From assembly GCA_963719495.1 (NCBI GenBank), contig CAVRCI010000001.1, positions 256,001-320,000 of the forward strand: a stretch of DNA of 64,000 nt. Direction: 5' to 3'. The notes beneath the pieces were generated by a model. That model was not told the origin of the DNA. It did no database searches and was given only the letters and a program-made list of their open reading frames with translations. The position numbers and the translations under genes were made by a program. Source of the stretch: an uncultured Verrucomicrobiae bacterium (GTDB taxonomy: Bacteria > Verrucomicrobiota > Verrucomicrobiia > Chthoniobacterales > JAATET01). Positions 58,172 through 64,000 of this stretch are shown in pieces (the first letter of the stretch is position 1; every line of letters starts with the position of its first letter).

Positions 58172-60325
58172 ATGAAACCCATCGTCGCCACGGCGCTTCT
58201 CGTCCTCCTCTCCCCCGGTCTGCGAGCCGCTTCGTTCGACGTCGCGAACGGCACCACGACATCGACCACCCAGACCCTCGCCGCCGGCGAGACCGGAACC
58301 ATCGCCAACGGCGGCACCCTCACCCGCTCGGGCGGCGGCAACGCGATCACGCTCTCGTCGACCGGCGGCGCCCTCACGACGATCAACAACGGCGGGAACG
58401 TTTTTCAAACCGGCGACGGCCGCGTGATCCGCAACAACACCAGCGGCACGCCCTCCTTCCAGATCACGAACACCGCGAGCGGCGTCATCCGGACCAATGA
58501 CGGCGACGCCCTTCGCGCCGACGTCACCGGCTCGAATTGGACGATCAACAACGCCGGCAGCATCGTCTCGCTCAACGCATCCGGCGGCGGAGCGCAAGCC
58601 ATCGACTTCGACGCCATCACCAGCGGCTCGGTCAGCATCACGAACCAAGCGGGAGGCACCATCTCGGCGAACGCCGCCGACGCCATCCGCCCCGGCGCTA
58701 ACGCCACGATCACAAACGCCGGCACCATCACCGCGACACCCACCGTGGCGGCGGGCGATGCCTCCAGCAGCGACGGCATCGACACTCAATCCCGCGCCGG
58801 AGTTTCGATCACGAACACCGGCACGATCTCCGGTCGCCACGGCATCACCGGCGGCGACAGCGCCCAGGCGGCCTACAACGTGACCGTCACCAACAACGCC
58901 GGGACGATCAGCGGCGTCAACGGCTCGGGCGTCAACATCGACGGCGTCTTCACGACGGCGACCGCCAGCGTCACCAACGCCCAGGGCGCCACCATCCGCG
59001 GCGGCCTCCTGTCGTCCACGACGTCCGGCGACGCCGATGGCATCGACGTCGACGGCGTGCTCACGCTCACCAATTCCGGCGACGTCCTCGGCTACGGCGC
59101 GAAGGGCATCGGCTCGGACGGCGGCGCGAACAACCCCGAAGCCGTCGCCATCGGCGGCGGCTCGATCACGAACACCGCCACCGGACGCATCATCGGCAGC
59201 AGCCTCGCCGCCGACGCGCCGAACGGCGACACCACCCGCGTCGGCAGCGGCATCCTCGTCGACGACAGCTCGAACGGTCCCGCCATCGCTCCGACCACCG
59301 TGACCAACGCCGGTCGCATCGAAGGCCGCACCGGTTTCGCCGTCAAAATGGTCGGCAATCAGGACGACACGATCACGAACTCCGCGACCGGCACCATCCG
59401 CGGAGCGGGCAACGCCATCACCGTCGGTGCCGCCATCCAGACCGGCGGCGGCGATGACTCCGTGACGAATTCGGGCACCATCGTCGGCACCAACGGCAAA
59501 GCCATCGACCTCGGCGACGGCGACGACACCCTCACGGTCAACGGCGGCACGATCACCGGCGACATCGACGGCGGCACCGGCACGAATGTCTTCAACGTCG
59601 CCGTTGGCACCGGCAACGCGTTCAATTTCGCCGACACCGTCGCGAACGTCACCACAACCAACGTCCAATCCGGCACCTTCGCCTACTCCGGCACCGCCGC
59701 ACTTGGCGGCACGATCTCGGTCGTGGGGGGAGAATTCAAGAGCAACGGCGGCAACCTCGTCGGCAATCTCGATTTCCAATCCGGCACCCTTGGCGGCACG
59801 AACCTCGACGGCATTTCGTTCACCGTCGGCACCGACCGCGTCCTTTCCCCCGGCAACAGCCCCGGCACCCTCGTGACCGGCAACCAGACGTGGGCGGCAG
59901 GCGGTACCTACCTCTGGGAGATCAACGCCCTCGCCGCCGACGGCGGCTCCCTCGGCGGCAACTCCGGCTGGGACTTCACCAGCATCAACGGGACGCTCAC
60001 CCTCACCGCGACCGCGGGCGCTCCATTCAACGTTCTCGTCGACTCCCTCGCGCTCCTGCCCTCCTGGGACAACACCCGCGATTACGCTTTCACCCTCGCG
60101 ACCGCCTCGGGCGGCGTCACCGGATTCGACCCGACCGCCTTCGCGATCGATTCCACCGCCTTCGCCGATCAGCACGATCTCGGCGGCGGCACGTTTTCCG
60201 TCGCCCAACTCGGCAACAGCGTCGAACTCCGCTTCACCGCCGTCCCCGAGCCTGCGGCCTGGGCAGTTCTCGCCGCGATCCTCCTCGCGTTCGTGATCGC
60301 CCGTCGACGCCGGACAACGGCCTGA
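58172..60325 (+). CDS. PEP-CTERM surface protein with Thr/Gly/Asn-rich beta-helix repeats
   Basis: Signal peptide, many ITNxGTI repeats, SPGNSPG, and C-terminal VPEP + TM + RRRR. Confidence 0.92.
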   Translation: MKPIVATALLVLLSPGLRAASFDVANGTTTSTTQTLAAGETGTIANGGTLTRSGGGNAITLSSTGGALTTINNGGNVFQTGDGRVIRNNTSGTPSFQITNTASGVIRTNDGDALRADVTGSNWTINNAGSIVSLNASGGGAQAIDFDAITSGSVSITNQAGGTISANAADAIRPGANATITNAGTITATPTVAAGDASSSDGIDTQSRAGVSITNTGTISGRHGITGGDSAQAAYNVTVTNNAGTISGVNGSGVNIDGVFTTATASVTNAQGATIRGGLLSSTTSGDADGIDVDGVLTLTNSGDVLGYGAKGIGSDGGANNPEAVAIGGGSITNTATGRIIGSSLAADAPNGDTTRVGSGILVDDSSNGPAIAPTTVTNAGRIEGRTGFAVKMVGNQDDTITNSATGTIRGAGNAITVGAAIQTGGGDDSVTNSGTIVGTNGKAIDLGDGDDTLTVNGGTITGDIDGGTGTNVFNVAVGTGNAFNFADTVANVTTTNVQSGTFAYSGTAALGGTISVVGGEFKSNGGNLVGNLDFQSGTLGGTNLDGISFTVGTDRVLSPGNSPGTLVTGNQTWAAGGTYLWEINALAADGGSLGGNSGWDFTSINGTLTLTATAGAPFNVLVDSLALLPSWDNTRDYAFTLATASGGVTGFDPTAFAIDSTAFADQHDLGGGTFSVAQLGNSVELRFTAVPEPAAWAVLAAILLAFVIARRRRTTA

Positions 60326-60327
60326 TC

Positions 60328-60714
60328 TCAGCCCACCAGCGCCACCGCCTCGATCTCGACGTCGAAACCAAGCAGACCCGCCCCGACCGTCGCGCGGGCC
60401 GGTTTGCAATCACCGAAGAATTCCGCGTAAACCAAGTTCATCTCCGCGAACGTCTCCGGGTTCAGCGGCTGCAAATACACCCGGCACGAAACCACCTGCT
60501 CGAACGAACTCCCCGCCGCGCCCAGCAACCGACGCAAGTTCACCAAAACCACACGCGTCTGCTCGGCGATCGTCCCCCGCACGATCTTCCCCTCGTCCGC
60601 ATCGAACGGGATCTGACCCGACACGAAGACAAATTTCCCCTCGGCGACAACCGCCGGCGAATACGGACCAATCGCGGGAGGCCCGCCAGGAACTTCGGAA
60701 ATAACCTCACGCAT
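60328..60714 (-). CDS. RidA/YjgF-family enamine deaminase
   Basis: PPAIGPYS, FVSGQIP, MNLVYAEFF, PARATV, VEIEAVA. Confidence 0.92.
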   Translation of the reverse strand: MREVISEVPGGPPAIGPYSPAVVAEGKFVFVSGQIPFDADEGKIVRGTIAEQTRVVLVNLRRLLGAAGSSFEQVVSCRVYLQPLNPETFAEMNLVYAEFFGDCKPARATVGAGLLGFDVEIEAVALVG

Positions 60715-60866
60715 GGCCGAAGAATGTTTAAATCCACACCCCACCGCAAGCCAACCCGTTGTCCCCCACCAGTCACCATTGACCAGTCACCAATCACGCC
60801 GAAGGCTTCCCCCCGGCCCGCAAATTGCTTAAGAGACCGTCTCCAATTTTCCGAAACCACACTCCC

Positions 60867-63350
60867 ATGTCATCCCAAGTCCCACTCCAAACCGGCCTCG
60901 ACACTTCCACCGAGGGCATGAAGGCCCTCATCCGCAATCAGCTCACCTACGCCCTCGCCCGGGATACCTCCACGGCGACCGCCCGCGATTGGTGGCTCGC
61001 CACGTCCAAGGCCGTCCAGGCGCTCATCATCGAGCGCATGATCGCCACCCAATCCGCCCTCCACGAACAGAACGTCAAACGCGTCTATTACCTCTCCCTC
61101 GAGTTCCTCATGGGGCGCCTCTACAGCAACAGCCTCTATTCCGCCGGCGTTCACGATGAAATCGAGCGAGCCCTCGTCGAGCTCGGTCTCGACCCCGACG
61201 TCATCCGCCACGAAGAATACGACATGGGCCTCGGGAACGGCGGCCTCGGCCGTCTCGCCGCCTGCTTCCTCGACTCCCTGGCCACCCTCGACCTCCCCGC
61301 CGTCGGTTACGGGATCCACTACAAATACGGCCTTTTCCGGCAGGAATTCGTCAACGGCCACCAGATCGAACACCCCGATGACTGGATGAAATTCGGCACC
61401 CCCTGGGAAATTGTCCGTCCCGAGCACGCCAGCGAGATCGAGATCTTCGGCGAGGTCGAAAACGTCTTCGACGACCGCGGCAACTACGTCCCCAAGTGGA
61501 CGAATACCCGCAAGCTGATCGGCGTCCCCTACGACATCCCGATCCCCGGCTTCGACACCCCGACCGTCAATTACCTCCGCCTCTGGGAATCCCGCGCCGG
61601 CGAGGAATTCGATTTCGCCGCCTTCAACCGCGGCGGTTACAGCGAAGCCGTCCACGACAAAAACGTCTCCGAGACCGTCTCCAAGGTCCTTTACCCGAAC
61701 GACGCCACCGAGTCCGGCAAGGAGCTCCGCCTCATCCAGCAGTATTTCTTCGTTGCCTGCTCGCTCAAGGACATCATCCGCCGCTTCCGCAAGACGAACG
61801 CCGACCTCGCCACCTTCCCCGACAAGGCCGCCATCCAGCTCAACGACACCCACCCGGCCATCGCCGTCGTCGAGCTCATGCGGCTCTTCTACGACGAGGA
61901 GGGCATGGAATGGGACGTCGCCTGGGATCTCGTCACCCGCACCTTCGCCTACACCAACCACACGCTTCTGCCCGAGGCTCTCGAGAAATGGAGCGTCGGC
62001 CTCTTCGAAAAAGTCCTCCCCCGTCACCTCCAGATCATCTTCGAGATCAACAAACGCTTCCTCGAAACCGTCGAAGCCAAATGGCCCGGCGACGCCGCGA
62101 AGAAGCGCACCCTCTCCCTCATCGAAGAAGGCGGCGGCAAGATGGTCCGCATGGCCCACCTCTCCGTCGTCGGCAGCCACAGCGTGAACGGCGTCGCCGC
62201 CCTTCACACCCGACTTCTCAAAAGCGACCTCTTCCCCGAGTTCGACGAACTCTACCCCGGCAAGTTCAACAACAAGACGAACGGCATCACGCCCCGCCGC
62301 TGGCTCCTCGCTTGCAACCCCGAGCTCAGCAAACTCATCACCAGCAAGATCGGCCACGGCTGGGAAAAAGATCTCCCGCTCCTCAAAGGCATCGAGCCCT
62401 TCGCCGAAGACCCGGAATTCCAACGCGAATTCATGGCCATCAAGCGCGACAACAAAGTCAACCTCGCCCGCATCATCGAGCGCGACACCGGTGTCGTCGT
62501 CGACCCCGACGCCATGTTCGACGTCCAGATCAAGCGCCTCCATGAATACAAGCGCCAGCACCTCAACCTCCTCCACATCCTCGCGCTCTACCGCCGCCTG
62601 CTTCAGGACCCCGACCTGGACATCGCGCCCCGCGTTTTCATTTTTGCCGCCAAAGCCGCGCCCGGCTACGAGATCGCCAAGCTCATCATCAAAGCGATCA
62701 ACGCCGTCGGTGCCACCATCAACGCCGACGAACGCATCAACGGCAAACTCAAGGTCGTCTTCCTGCCCAACTACCGCGTCTCGCTCGCCCAGCGCATCGT
62801 CCCCGCAGCCGACCTCTCCGAGCAAATCTCGACCGCCGGCAAAGAGGCCTCGGGAACCGGCAACATGAAGCTCGCCCTCAACGGCGCGCTCACCATCGGC
62901 ACCCTCGACGGAGCCAACGTCGAGATCGGCGAGGAAGTCGGCGACGACAACATCTTCATCTGCGGCATGACCGTCGAAGAAGTCGAAGCGCTCAAAAAGA
63001 AGGGCTACAACCCCACCGACTTCTACAACGAAAACGAAGAACTCCGCGCGGTAGTCGATTGGATCGGTTCCAACTACTTCACCCCCGACGAGCCCGGCTG
63101 CCTGGCCAAGCTCCGCGACAACCTCATTCACCACGACCCCTTCCTCGTCCTGGCCGACTACCAGAGCTACGTCGACAAGCAGGAAGAAGTGGACGCCGCC
63201 TTCAAAGACAAGAAGCGCTGGGCCAAAATGGCCATCCTCAACACCGCAAGAGTCGGCAAATTCAGCAGCGACCGCACCATCGACCAATACGCCAAAGAAA
63301 TCTGGAAAGTCGACCCCATCCAAGTCGAACGCCGAAAAACGGACCGCTGA
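60867..63350 (+). CDS. glgP: Glycogen/starch phosphorylase
   Basis: [44 protein letters not shown] site EASGTGNMK. Confidence 0.96.
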   Translation: MSSQVPLQTGLDTSTEGMKALIRNQLTYALARDTSTATARDWWLATSKAVQALIIERMIATQSALHEQNVKRVYYLSLEFLMGRLYSNSLYSAGVHDEIERALVELGLDPDVIRHEEYDMGLGNGGLGRLAACFLDSLATLDLPAVGYGIHYKYGLFRQEFVNGHQIEHPDDWMKFGTPWEIVRPEHASEIEIFGEVENVFDDRGNYVPKWTNTRKLIGVPYDIPIPGFDTPTVNYLRLWESRAGEEFDFAAFNRGGYSEAVHDKNVSETVSKVLYPNDATESGKELRLIQQYFFVACSLKDIIRRFRKTNADLATFPDKAAIQLNDTHPAIAVVELMRLFYDEEGMEWDVAWDLVTRTFAYTNHTLLPEALEKWSVGLFEKVLPRHLQIIFEINKRFLETVEAKWPGDAAKKRTLSLIEEGGGKMVRMAHLSVVGSHSVNGVAALHTRLLKSDLFPEFDELYPGKFNNKTNGITPRRWLLACNPELSKLITSKIGHGWEKDLPLLKGIEPFAEDPEFQREFMAIKRDNKVNLARIIERDTGVVVDPDAMFDVQIKRLHEYKRQHLNLLHILALYRRLLQDPDLDIAPRVFIFAAKAAPGYEIAKLIIKAINAVGATINADERINGKLKVVFLPNYRVSLAQRIVPAADLSEQISTAGKEASGTGNMKLALNGALTIGTLDGANVEIGEEVGDDNIFICGMTVEEVEALKKKGYNPTDFYNENEELRAVVDWIGSNYFTPDEPGCLAKLRDNLIHHDPFLVLADYQSYVDKQEEVDAAFKDKKRWAKMAILNTARVGKFSSDRTIDQYAKEIWKVDPIQVERRKTDR

Positions 63351-63353
63351 GCC

Positions 63354-63548
63354 GGGGAGCGCACGCCTCCCGGCGTGCGAGATCCGGCGTCCCGCCGGAT
63401 CAGCAGGCAATTCGAGGGCAGCGAGAGAGCCGAAGCGGGGTGAAAAAGGGTCGTCTTCGGCTGTCTCCGCTTCGCTGCGGCTCCAGCCTGTCGTGCCGGG
63501 CATCCTGCCCGGCACCCCAAACCAATCCGGCGAAAGCCGGACACTTCC
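63354..63548 (+). repeat. Composite palindromic repeat (family B/C)
   Basis: gcacgcc-tccc-ggcgtgc, gatccggcg-tcc-cgccggatc, gtgccgggcatcctgcccggcac, tccggcgaaagccggacactt. Confidence 0.78.
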
Positions 63549-63556
63549 CACCACCG

Positions 63557-64000
63557 ATGCGAGCTCTGATCATCATCATCCTAGCCACCCAGATCCTGGC
63601 AGCCACCACCTCCTTCGCCTCCGGCAATTTCCAATACGACACCTCGGACCGAATCGAAACATCGGCGCTAGATTACGAGCTCTTCATCAACTTCGCGATC
63701 AGCGACCGCAATCCGAACCGCGATCCGTCGTTGAGCTACTACACCGATCATAGAGTCTACGGAATTAACCAAGATCGTTTCGAAGTGGTCGAAGAACGTT
63801 ACCAAGGGAACGTGCCGCGCGAGGCCTACGAAGATCTCCTCGAGGCCGCGACGAAGTTGTCCACCTCGACCCTCATCGCACCGCCCGACAGTGGGCCAGC
63901 CCAAGTTCGCGGCTGGCTGGAGATCAACGGAGAAAGATTCAGAATCAAAGCACCCCCAAACTCCGCCATCCGCCTCCAATGGCGAAAACTCATCGACGAA
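63557..64000 (+). CDS. Secreted hypothetical protein, partial (runs off window end)
   Basis: Manual translation MRALIIIILATQILAATTSFASGNFQYD... is open to 64000 and has a signal peptide. Confidence 0.7.
   Translation, partial: MRALIIIILATQILAATTSFASGNFQYDTSDRIETSALDYELFINFAISDRNPNRDPSLSYYTDHRVYGINQDRFEVVEERYQGNVPREAYEDLLEAATKLSTSTLIAPPDSGPAQVRGWLEINGERFRIKAPPNSAIRLQWRKLIDE

Noticed and set aside
705..63554. Many long antisense or alternate-frame ORFs (e.g. 705-2039, 6279-8555, 18923-21547, 58157-60409, 60870-63554)
   Set aside because: Shadow ORFs of high-GC genes: Arg/Pro- or Gly/Glu-rich, motif-free, and opposite or overlapping well-identified CDSs.

Overview
GC-rich bacterial chromosome segment, most likely Verrucomicrobiota (Spartobacteria/Chthoniobacterales-like). 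That assignment is inferred from the PEP-CTERM protein, the prepilin-type 'AFTLIELL' protein, the short GlmU-like protein, the futalosine pathway and the heptamer/REP repeat style. About 50 CDS, mostly housekeeping: mqnC, rodA, nadK, tlyA, pfkA, mtgA, uvrC, tsaB/E, pgi, nuoI-N, nitrite/sulfite reductase, shc-hpnH, glgP and three histidine kinases. I saw no rRNA, tRNA, CRISPR array, prophage or transposase. Best candidates for follow-up: (1) a GT-C(YfhO-like)/polyprenol-P-mannose-synthase fusion next to a DUF2723/TMEM260-like TPR membrane protein, suggesting a self-contained protein O-mannosylation locus, split by a VapBC module and carrying heptamer repeats in the fusion CDS; (2) a secreted cyanophycinase-family peptidase divergent from an OppA-type binding protein plus astA/astB, suggesting cyanophycin scavenging; (3) several dispersed palindromic repeat families with compensatory base changes; (4) a 3 x 123 bp structured tandem array; (5) a perfect 34 bp palindrome in an 800 bp ORF-poor gap; (6) a decayed rhamnose-catabolism operon. 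All functional calls come from motif recognition by eye; no database searches were run.
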